Assembly: GCA_964599485.1 (NCBI GenBank)
Contig: CAZRGL010000002.1
Span: forward strand, 2,780 to 66,779
Source of the DNA: an uncultured Polyangiaceae bacterium
GTDB taxonomy: Bacteria; Myxococcota_A; Polyangia; Polyangiales; Polyangiaceae
DNA: 64,000 nucleotides
Direction of reading: 5' to 3'
Shown: positions 1 through 9,700 of the stretch, one piece after another
Position numbering within the stretch: position 1 is the first letter of the stretch
How the letters are laid out: each line of letters opens with the position of its first letter
The notes under the pieces: model-generated
Told to the model about the DNA's origin: nothing
What the model saw: the letters and a program-made list of their open reading frames with translations, nothing else
The model's database searches: none
Translations under genes and position numbers: made by a program

Positions 1-1795
1 TCAGCGCGGCGGCGCTCTTGTTGGTCACGATGAAGTGGCGCACTACGGCGCTGCGCGTCTCGTCGTCCGGAACGAAGCTGAGCTCTTGCACGTCGAGCTT
101 CCCGTCTGGATCGGTATAGCTGACCTCGACGACGGGCAGTCCGGGCTTGGGGTAGCGCGGGATCACATTGCGTCCGGCGGTGGTGTTGGGATTGACGTGT
201 CGATGATCGAGCCTGTCCATCAACCATTGCAGCTTGCCGTCGAGGCGCAGGCCCGCGAAGGAGCCGTGCTCGGGGTTGGCGCCCATGTACGGGATGGGCT
301 CGGTCTCGAGGTTGGGATGGGTGACACGGGTCAGATAGGGCACCAAGTTGTAGGAGGTGGTGCCGGGAAAGTAGAGATTCTTGAGGCGCCCCTCGCGGCT
401 GATTCCGGCTAGCAGGTAGCCGTTGCCGATGTGCAGCTCCGCGGCGGGGCCATCGACGCCGCGATTGGGATCAGCCTCGAGCTCCTCTGGGGTTGGGATG
501 GGCTCGTACAGCTCGGGGTGCTCCCAGGCCAGCTTGTCGGGATCGACGCGGTTTTTGGGGTTGCCGCCACCAAGCCAAGGATTTCCGCCGCCACCCTCGC
601 CACCCGCGCCGAGTGCTTCGTTGATGATGAGCGCGAAGACCTTGAGCGAGGCAGGTGAGTCGAAGAAGGCAGACAGGGTTACTTGTTGATCGAGGATCTG
701 CACGGCTTCGCCGCCCAGCGACTTTTCCAGCGTGGCGATCAAGTGGTCCCAGGCTTCGGGAAAGGTGTCGGGGGTGTCGGGGATGATCCCGCCGAGCAGC
801 GCGGCGAACTCAGCGGGGCCACCTTGGGCGAGAAAAGTGGTAATGGCCGTGGTGGGCGAAGGCCCGAAAATTCCGGGGATGTAGATGTTGCCTACCAGGG
901 TCAAAAATGGCTGCGAGAGATAGTCAGGCCGGTCCTGCGGATCATCGGGTACGGACTGGTTGTCCGTCTCGCTCATGGCCGCGACGATGGCTTTGCGCAG
1001 CGAGGCCATAGCTGCCAACAAGCTGCTTTTGGATGCGCTCAGCCACACTTCCGCTACCGATTCGTCGTGGACCAGGCGGGGTGAGAAGAAGCTGGGGTAG
1101 TCGCTGAACGCTGTGTTCAGATCCAGCTTGAGGATGGTGTAGATGGGCTCGCCCTCATTGAGGATCAGCTCCGTGGGAACGTCCAGGTTGACACCTGCGA
1201 GCAGCAAGCCAAAGCCCTGCAACAAGCGGCTGAGGCCAGACAAGAAGTGACCGTCGGCCACGTCGAATTCATAATGGTCCACATAGAGCGGTAGCTCGCG
1301 CAGTCGCACCACGTAGCCATCGACGTTCATCCGAAAGCTGGCGTCTTGGCTAGCGAGCTCGAATCGCTTGGCGGCTCGCTCCAGCCGCTGGGCGCTTTTT
1401 GGATTGCCATTGACCGAGCCGCCGAGAATGGTGCGCACCAGCGACGCTTGGTACTTGCTGAAAGAGTCCTTGGGTCGAAGTGAGGCGTCGTAGAGGCCGG
1501 TGTAGAGCTGATCGAGCACCAAAAGCAGATCGGCAAAGCCAGCCATGAAGTTGGCACGGGCATCTTTGGGCGCGGCCGCAATACCAGCCTCGAAGCGTTT
1601 CAGGGCGTGGGCGGTTTCGCCACGCTGCAAGTGACAGAAGCCTCGGGCGAGCTGTTGTTCGAGCGCGCTGTCTGCTTCAGCGCCTGCGTCATCGCAGAAC
1701 AGCGGCACAGCTGGCGTCTCGACGTCGCTGCCGCAAGAGGACACGAGCATGACAGCCCACAGCAATAGGACTAAGGCGAGACGTCGACACAGCAT
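1..1795 (-). CDS. Lipoprotein, partial (C-terminus lies beyond the left edge). The distal visible part resembles the N-terminal beta-sandwich of GH15 glucoamylase/glucodextranase-like proteins.
   Basis: Own minus-strand translation from the ATG at 1795 gives MLCRRLALVLLLWAVMLVSSCGSD (signal peptide plus lipobox). The frame stays open to position 2, which is why it is absent from the complete-ORF track. The segment HIGNGYLLAGISREGRLKNLYFPG resembles the GNG..dG.i..l..P start of GH15-type N domains. Confidence 0.6.
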   Translation of the reverse strand, partial: MLCRRLALVLLLWAVMLVSSCGSDVETPAVPLFCDDAGAEADSALEQQLARGFCHLQRGETAHALKRFEAGIAAAPKDARANFMAGFADLLLVLDQLYTGLYDASLRPKDSFSKYQASLVRTILGGSVNGNPKSAQRLERAAKRFELASQDASFRMNVDGYVVRLRELPLYVDHYEFDVADGHFLSGLSRLLQGFGLLLAGVNLDVPTELILNEGEPIYTILKLDLNTAFSDYPSFFSPRLVHDESVAEVWLSASKSSLLAAMASLRKAIVAAMSETDNQSVPDDPQDRPDYLSQPFLTLVGNIYIPGIFGPSPTTAITTFLAQGGPAEFAALLGGIIPDTPDTFPEAWDHLIATLEKSLGGEAVQILDQQVTLSAFFDSPASLKVFALIINEALGAGGEGGGGNPWLGGGNPKNRVDPDKLAWEHPELYEPIPTPEELEADPNRGVDGPAAELHIGNGYLLAGISREGRLKNLYFPGTTSYNLVPYLTRVTHPNLETEPIPYMGANPEHGSFAGLRLDGKLQWLMDRLDHRHVNPNTTAGRNVIPRYPKPGLPVVEVSYTDPDGKLDVQELSFVPDDETRSAVVRHFIVTNKSAAAL

Positions 1796-1894
1796 TGCCG
1801 AATGATAAGGGCGGATGGCGTCAGCAAGAAGCGCAGAACCGCGGCGTGGAGTTGGGCTCGGCAATCTTGCCCACATGCCCGCCCACGGCAGAAA

Positions 1895-1930
1895 GCCGCC
1901 CCGACTTCCTCGGGGCGACTGTTTTCTTCG
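1895..1930 (-). terminator. Putative stem-loop terminator downstream of the lectin-like gene
   Basis: An 8-bp GC-rich stem (cgccccga at 1897-1904 paired with tcggggcg at 1910-1917) with a 5-nt loop, about 70 nt past the stop at 1988. The U-tract on the minus strand is weak (uuucu); it is better on the plus strand (guuuucuu). Confidence 0.4.
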
Positions 1931-1987
1931 GGGAACGGTTGCTTGCGCTATCGCGCCCCGGCCGGAGACCAGCGCTGAGCGTAGGTC

Positions 1988-2683
1988 TTACTTGCAGGTC
2001 ATGTGCACCTGCTTGCCAAAGCCTGCCTCGGCAGGAATGTAGTGGCTGTAGTGCTTGTCGCCGCAGCGCCAGGTCACCACGAAGCTCTTCGCGCAGCCAG
2101 GAGCTGGGTCACCGAGCTTTCGGTAACTGACGGTATAGCGACAGCTGCTACGCCCGTTGCATTGGGCGGCGACATGGGAGGTCGCGTTGCGCCTTGGGGC
2201 GCGGCAGTTGCCGCCGTAGGTCGCGAAGCCGACCTTGATGGTGCCCTTTTTGATAGGCTTCATCGCTGCAAGGCATTGCTTGGCGCGGACCTCTTTTTTA
2301 CCCAGCAACCATAGTTCATGCCGAAGGTCGGGCGCGTTGTAGAGCTCGCGGGCGCCTTTTTTCTCGAGACGGCACTTGTGGAACTTGTACGCATTCCAGC
2401 CCCACCACTTGCACTGGTTGTTGAACGGCCAGCGGACCACGCAGAACTTGGCTTCGGCACCGCAGTTTCGATTCATCGTGGCCTGCAGCCCTTGGCAATG
2501 GCTGTCCTGGCTGCACCATTGCGCCTTGCTGGGGATTCCCTTGTTCATGCACTGCCCGCAGCCTGCGACTTGGTTGCAGACGCCCACTGCTACTCCGGCG
2601 TCTGCGCTCTGACCTACGGCAAACACACCGAGAAAGGCGAATAAGGATGCAAGAACGGCTTTGCGAATGGTCGACAACTTCAT
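1988..2683 (-). CDS. Secreted Cys-rich protein with a C-terminal SUEL/rhamnose-binding (Gal_Lectin-type) lectin domain
   Basis: Signal peptide MKLSTIRKAVLASLFAFLGVFAVGQSADA. The C-terminus IKVGFATYGGNCRAP...AAQCNGRSSCRYTVSYRKLGDPAPGCAKSFVVTWRCG fits the A.YG..C...C.G+.sC...GDP.pGc.K.f.v.y.C pattern of SUEL-type lectins. Confidence 0.7.
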   Translation of the reverse strand: MKLSTIRKAVLASLFAFLGVFAVGQSADAGVAVGVCNQVAGCGQCMNKGIPSKAQWCSQDSHCQGLQATMNRNCGAEAKFCVVRWPFNNQCKWWGWNAYKFHKCRLEKKGARELYNAPDLRHELWLLGKKEVRAKQCLAAMKPIKKGTIKVGFATYGGNCRAPRRNATSHVAAQCNGRSSCRYTVSYRKLGDPAPGCAKSFVVTWRCGDKHYSHYIPAEAGFGKQVHMTCK

Positions 2684-2989
2684 GGCAACCTCCTGTAAGG
2701 GGTTTTGGATCGGTTCGATTTTTCTTGGGGCGCGCTACGCAGGCCCCAAAAAGCAGGAAGAGAAGGACACTTCGAGCTGCGCCAGGTTCCCAGGAAGAAG
2801 AAAACTTCGCTGCGTTGCGTTCGACGGGCGACTGGCGACTGTATAGCCAGTTTGCCCAGAGCCATCGGAATCATTCAACAAAAGTGTTCGCAGGTCGCTC
2901 GGTTGCGGGCCGCCATATTTCGCGGACGCGTCGTCTGGTTGCTTTGCCAAACCTTGGCCCAACGCACCTGGCAACGGTTTGATGGCGCC

Positions 2990-3703
2990 GTGGATTGCGC
3001 TGTGAAGCAGGGACTGTGGGTGTTGTTGTCGTTGCTACTGCTTGCTGGATGCTCCGATGACAGGTTCGCGATGCGGCTGACCGACGGCACTGCGCTGCAT
3101 TTGGACTGGGTAACCATCGGGGGTGCGAGCAAGCGGCTAGACCGGCTGCTGCTCACGGGCGATGGTTACGCGCGGCGTAACCGTGGCGGCAACCTCTACA
3201 CGCTGCTGGCCATGACCGAGGCGGAGCGTAATGAGCTCGCGAAGCTTCGGGCGCGCCACGGCCCCTTCGATCTCGAAGCACACACCGGGCCCAACGTGAA
3301 GTGGCCGAGCGCCCGCCGTCTTCGTTTCGACGGAAGAGGCGCAAGCAATCGCGAACATGACGTTGTAGCGTTCTCAGAGAAGATGCTCGGGCGCCTGGCT
3401 CACGAAGCGGTGCTCGCCCGCAGCTCCATCGTCGTGACTGCGCTGGTGCAGTCCTTAGAACGCGACGGCCGAGCCACTCTGAAGATCGACCGGGTGCTCA
3501 AAGGCTCAGGGCGTGTGCGCGCAGGGGACCGGGTCGAGACGTATCTACGTGACTCCCGCCCAGGTGCTGGCGGAGTAGTCACGGTGTTCACCCTTTCCGA
3601 ACCGACGCCAAAGGGCGGACGACACTGGCGCGCTGCCGAGACCGGTTACTTGAAGAGAAAAGTCGCCGACGTCGTCAAGCTCCTCGCCCGCCAAGAGCGA
3701 TAA
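2990..3703 (+). CDS. Hypothetical lipoprotein
   Basis: The track ORF 2705-3703 contains VKQGLWVLLSLLLLAGCSDD (signal peptide plus lipobox) right after in-frame GTGs at 2990 and 3002. The upstream 95 codons look like a non-coding extension from a TTG. The exact start is uncertain. Confidence 0.55.
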   Translation: MDCAVKQGLWVLLSLLLLAGCSDDRFAMRLTDGTALHLDWVTIGGASKRLDRLLLTGDGYARRNRGGNLYTLLAMTEAERNELAKLRARHGPFDLEAHTGPNVKWPSARRLRFDGRGASNREHDVVAFSEKMLGRLAHEAVLARSSIVVTALVQSLERDGRATLKIDRVLKGSGRVRAGDRVETYLRDSRPGAGGVVTVFTLSEPTPKGGRHWRAAETGYLKRKVADVVKLLARQER

Positions 3704-3789
3704 TCGGGCTGAGCCTCGAGTTGCTCACAACTTGAAAGGACAGTCGTTGTCGGAGCAGTCTGCCTCGGCCCAAGCAAACCAGCGCGCGG

Positions 3790-6700
3790 TCAGCCCTGGG
3801 TCGTGCGCCGCAGCCACATGCAGGAGGAAGCTGCGGCTGCGGGGTTGTCTTGAGGGCCGAGCCAGAGATCGCAACGGAGCCAGTGTTGGTCCTGCTCGGT
3901 GAGCTGCAAGGCGCCGCGCAGCTGGGTTCCGCTCGCGTCCGAGAGTTGTTTGGTGAACGTGTCGAGCCAGTATTGCAACCAGGCGCGGCAAGCGTCGGTA
4001 TCGTCCCGGCGACTCGAGCCGAGGTGCATCAATCGAAGATGTTGCGCCAACCGGCCCATTGGGAAGGTGGACCTGAACGAGCGCGCGCCGCTGCGCGTGT
4101 CGGCTTCTGTGGCGATCTGGTCGATGTCGAGCGCCATCAGCCCTCTGCTCTCGAACCCGCGCAGCAGCGATTGCGCTGCTGCAATCGCCCCGCTGCTCTG
4201 GATTGGCGCAGGTTGTCGTCCACTGACGGCGCCTTCGACGTAGGGCATTTTCTCTTCGATGGCGTAGGGCTCGCGCAGGCTGAGCTGCTCGCCAAGCAGG
4301 GCGACATGGCTGCTGGCAGGATCGGCGAAGAAGGCGCGCCAACCGTTTGATGGCGCAGTCTGCAACAGTCGGCGGGCTTCGGGTGTCGTTCCGGCGATGA
4401 GCCCGGCTTGGCTCTGGCGGGCAATGGTGGCGGCCGCCGTGAGCAAGGCGGGATCATCGATCGGATCGGCCATGACGATGGCGCCATAGGGAGTTGATTG
4501 GGCGTAGGCCTGCATCAGCGCCCGGCGCAGGGCCCCGTTGTTTATGACAGCGGCTGGCCCTTTGCTCCCGCAAGCCAAGAGATGGAGGCGACAATCAGCG
4601 TCGGGCATTGCGGCCTGAAGGCTTGCCAATGATCGCCAGCAGCGCTCATGTTGGCGCATGCGGGGATCGAACAGGATCTGATCGAGTGCTTTGGCTACGC
4701 CTCGGGCGATCGTCTGCTTGGCCCAGACGACTTCTTCGCGGTCGATCTTGTTGCGGCCGTGGGAAACGAGCACGTGCAACATGCCTGCGAGGGTGCCGCG
4801 CGCTACGGCGTAGGCCGGGTGATCGGTTGGCACCAGGCGGCTAATGATTGCGCGTCCGTACACTTCGGCGATCTCGTTGGCAGCGCTCAGCGCCGTTGAG
4901 CCCGCTGGCTGGCCAGCTCGCAGCTTGTCGCCCAGCCGCGGCAATAGTGCGGCAAGCTGGGTGGCGAAGTCGTCGATGATGGTCTCCCACCAGCCGAGGC
5001 CGATGTAGCTGAAGTACATCTTGGCCGTGTCGCCGAGTTGCTGGGCCAGCTTGCCGGGGGCCAAGTCTGCAAGACAGGTTGGCGCAAAGAGCTCGTTGCT
5101 CGCAGGTAGCGCGAGCGCTTCGTTTGCCGGCATTGAGAACTGCAGTTGTGGCTTCAGGGTGGCCATTGCGCTGTCGACGTCGGTGACCACGAGTGGCTGC
5201 TCGGTGGCGGCTGCGCCGCTGTGGGCCGTATCGATGGCGCCGAGCACCAGAAGACTCAATGGCAACGGCTCGCGCCTACCGAGTGATTGTCCGGCGCGGT
5301 GTTGCTCGAGTTGCAACCGCATTGGTAGGCGGCTCAGTTCGAAGGCGCGGGGCGGGGCGGCTGCTCGTTGGTGCTGCAACTTGACCAGCAAGCGCGTAAT
5401 CCCGATGCGCAACATGGCTCCGTCCTCGAGGGTTGCCTCCCCCCGGACGGGTTGACCGTCTAGCTCGATGCCAATCCTGCTACCGGCGTCGATGACCTTG
5501 GCGCCGCGTTCATCCACCGACAACATAGCGTGATGGTGCGCCACTAGCGGTCTGCGAAGGACTATGTCGCAATCCTGTGCGCGGCCGATCAATCGGCGCG
5601 GTCCGGCGCCAACCTCGAAGATTCGGTCTGTGGCCTCTTCACGCAATTGCAGGACGGTGCTGCCGGGTTGTTCCGGCTGCTCGGCGAAGGCTTTCGGATC
5701 GAGCAGACGTTGCAGCGCATCTTCGAGCTGCTTGGGTGTGTGCCTTCCGAAGCCCAGCCAGCCCAGGCGGCGGCCGAGGTGTTCCAACTCCGCGTTCGTC
5801 CAGCTCGGGATGCCAATGCGGATGAGCGGGTCGTGCTCAGCGGGACGCTGCGCGCGCAAGAACAGCTTCAGCCAGGGCGCGGCGCGGCGCAGCGAGGTGT
5901 CCGATGGCAAGACGCGCTCGTGCTCGACGTGCCACAGCCTCAAGTCGCCGTCCCGTCCGCCTGAGGCGAGCAGACGTCCGTCGGGAGTAAACGCCAGTGA
6001 CAAGATCACATTGTTGTGGCTGCCGAGGCGCACCAACTTGCCCGGGGTGTTCAGGGCGTGCAGGTGCACCCCGCCTCGACTGTCGCCGATCGCGACCAAG
6101 CCGCCGTCGTCGCTCAGCGCCAGGGTGCTGGCTCGCTCGATGGTAAGATCGCCTTTCACAACGCCCGCTTCAGCGTCGATCGTGATGAGTGTGCTGTTGC
6201 CGTCCAGCATTGCGGTCATGGAAGCACTAGGGGTGATCCGCAGCTGCTCGACATCGGCCGCTGCGTCGCTGAGCTGCCGCAGCTCTTGGCGCGCGCCGAG
6301 CACCCAAAGCGATAGCGCTCCGTCGCCAGCAACAACAGCCATCGCGTCGGCCTCCGCGGCGGGGGCCATCGCTTGGACGGCGCCGCAACCAACAGGATCG
6401 AGCCAGCGTTCGGCGGCGGTATCCCAGATGGTGATCCCCATTTGGCCGGCGACGAATAGCAACCGTCCGTCGCGTGACCACCTCAGCGCGCTTGGGTGTC
6501 GCTTGCCAGCCAACAGCTGGCTGTGGCCCTGATCGATACGCCAGATGCGCACATTGCCGCCGCATGCAGTGGCCACGACGCTTGCATCGGCAGCGATCGC
6601 GGCCGCTTCGAAGGGGCGCTTCGGCTCGACGACGTGCATCACCGCCCTCTGTTTGCCTTCCATCGTGTCGTGACGACGGACCTCAATCAGGTTGCGACCG

Positions 6701-9700
6701 GCGTCGTACATCACACTCGTGACCGAATCGCCATCAGGCGCCAGGCCCACCGCTTGAACCGGGCCGCCGAGATCGCGAATCGAGCGCCCCGCCCAGCTGC
6801 TGCGCAACACGCCTCGAGTCGTGCGATGGGCAATGCGGGTGGCAAGCGCTTGGGCGTCGCGGTGGCGGCGATAACCAGGTACGGCAGTGGTCTCGGCCAG
6901 ATAGAGCAGCGCCCCTGGCAAGTCGCCTAGCTTCAGGGCGCCTTCGGTACGTCCGAGCGCAGCACGGAAACGTTGGTGCTGCAGCTCGAGGACATCACTA
7001 TGGCGCGGTCGTGCCACCATGATGGGCGCAGCCGGGGCGTCGTGCAGGACCTGGACGAGGTGCAGATGTCCGCCGGCGGCCACCAGCACAGGATCGGCAT
7101 CTGCGCAGGCGATTGCATGCACATCGTCGAGCGGCGCGGCCGTCCGCAAACAGCGGCCGCTGTCCACGTGCCACAGCCGCAGCGTGCCGCTGCTGGACCA
7201 GGAAAGGACGTGACGACCGTCGTCACTCATGACAGCCCGGCGCGGCGCTGGTTCTTCGAGGCGGCGCACCAACGATCCGCTGACTGCGTCCCAGATGCTC
7301 AACCGGTAGTGGGATCGCTCGGCGTCCCATCCGCCCGACACAGCGCGACGCGCGTCCGCGGTCAGCGCCACCCAGTCTACGGCCAACTCATGGCGTAGCG
7401 TTCGGGTTACTTTGCCGTCGAGCAGTCGCAGCGTCACCGTGGCGTCGTCACTCGCGCTGGCCAGCAGGCGGCCATCGGCCATTGCGGTCACGCTGTTGAC
7501 CCGTCCGCCGTGCGTGCCGAGGTCCTGGTTCTGACCGGTGTCTACGTCGATCAGCACGATGCGCTTACCGACCGCAGCAGCCAGTTGGTGCTCGTTGCAC
7601 AGCGCCAATCCGGTTACACCGGGCATGTTGATGCGCTGCGAATCGGTTGCCGCGGTCTTCCACACGATGATGGACTCAGCGTTGGCTGCTGCTGCTACCG
7701 AGCCGTTCGTGCTCAAGGCGACGTGCTGTGCGTTGATCTTGGCGCCCTGCAGACTGGTGCCACCGGCCAGCATCCAGACCCGTACGCCATCATGGTGCGC
7801 GCTGGCCACGACACGCTCGTCGCGGCTGGTCGAAAGTGCGTGAGGCGGGCTGGGCAGCTCGGTCAGACGCTCGAGCTGGAAGCCAGCTTTGGTCCCATGA
7901 TAGGGCCCTGCCACCCGCTTCATGGTTGCCTCGGTGCGCGCCGTGCCCGTCAAGGCCCGCACACAACATGCTTGGGCTCGCTTGCGGTCGGCGCGTTCGT
8001 AATGAAGCCAAGCTTGCATCAAATGGGCGCGCCACTCCATTGCGTGCGAGCTGGTTGCCGCACGCATCCGCTCCACCGCTTGCTCGTCAGTGATGTCGCC
8101 GTTTCGCCATTCGATCAGGGCCAAGTTGTAGCTCGCCTCGAGATGATGCGGCTCGGCATCGAGTGCTTGTTTCCACGCTGATAGGGCTTCGCTGTTGCGT
8201 CCGATGTCGAGCATCGATGCGCCACGGTTGTTGTGCACCACCGCTTGCTCCTCGTGGGCTGCTGGATCGGGTCGCGCCTGACGCGCACCGCTGAGCTCGA
8301 CGTAGATGCTGCGGAGTGTGGCAGCGATCTCCAACATGTCGGTTGGTCGTTCGTTGGGGTCCCGCGCAAAACAATGCTGGAGCAGCCCCACCAGCCGCGG
8401 CGGCATCATTGGGATGCGCTCGTCCCAGCCGCCGTCATCGAGGTATTGGCGCAGCGCATGTGGCGCGAGCACGCCGCTCATCCAGCGAATCTCGCCGGTG
8501 AACATGTGAAGGACCGTCACAGCCCAGGACCAAACGTCCGTGCGCCGGGTCAGCTCGACGTCCTTCTTTCGGGCCGCTGCGGCTTGCTCTGGCGAGCAGA
8601 AAACCGGCGTCATGCCCGCATAGCCGGCCATCAGCGTCTTGTGACGGCCGCCCTTGCTCGACTCGGCTGCCGGTTCTGCCAGACGCGTGGTTTTCGCCAA
8701 GCCGAAGTCGGTCACCTTGGCGATGCCAGTCTTGGTGAGCATCACGTTGGCCGGCTTCATGTCCTGATGAATGAGGCCGTGGCGGTGCGCGTGATGCAGC
8801 CCGTAGCTCATCTGCAACGCAACATCGATCATCGAGGCCAGCAGCTGCTGGTCGGTCTTGCTCTTGGCCCGCCGGAATTTGCCTTTGTCGATCCAATCAG
8901 CCAGGCTTCCGCCGTCGACCAGCTCGGCGAAAAGCCAAGGTGCGCCAGAGCGCATGCGCACGTAGTAGCAGTCGACCGTGTGCGGATAGACGCCCAGCCG
9001 GGACCACGCTTCGGCCTCTTCGACGAAACCTTCCACCCCGCCTCGCTCGAGCAGCTCGACGCGCGGGATCTTCAGTGCCAGGTCGATCCCCCAACCAAGG
9101 TGGTGCACGCGGTACACCTTGCCCATCCCGCCGGCGCCAAGCGGCTCGATGACTTCGTATAGATGCCAGTCGCCCCCGTCGTCGTCGACGATTTGCTTGC
9201 GGCCTGCTCCGCCGCCGGCGCTGCCGAGCGACGATGACGGAGCCTGTTCTTTGGGGGGCTCTAACGCTCGGGGTTGGGCGGCGTCTTTTCGTTTCTCGTG
9301 TTCAGCAGCTGGTTCGGCAGCGTTCTTGGGGGGGCGTGTCTCTTCTGCGGCCCGCGCTCGTTTCCTTGCTCTGTGCTCAGCCGCTCGGTCGGCGCTGGCC
9401 TCCCGCCCCGCTTCTGGACCAAAACCCAGCTGCTCCCGACGGCGGAACAAGTAGTTCAGCAGCAGGTTGTTGCGGGTGTCACCGCAGTCGGGCCTGAGCA
9501 CGCAAACCAGCATGAAGTCGCGATCCGCGTCGTCATACCGCCTGTTGCGTGACAGCAGTACGCCTCGATTGATCAGCGCTTGCCAGTAGTCCGGTTGCAA
9601 GCTGATGGCCCGGTCGTAGTCCTCGTAGCTTTGCTCGCTGTCGCGTCCGATTCGCTCGGCCACGTGGCCCCGATAGCACCAGTATGCCGCGCGCTGGGGC

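Noticed and set aside
2721-2755. GC-rich hairpin (ttggggc...gccccaa) flanked by a T-run and an A-run between divergent genes
   Set aside because: The U-tract precedes rather than follows the stem in both orientations, so it is not an intrinsic terminator. It is possibly a 5'-UTR structure of the lectin gene, but there is nothing further to support a function.
2705-2989. 5' extension of ORF 2705-3703, starting at a TTG
   Set aside because: A signal peptide plus lipobox appears only after the in-frame GTGs at 2990 and 3002. The extension is basic, low-complexity sequence in a divergent promoter region.
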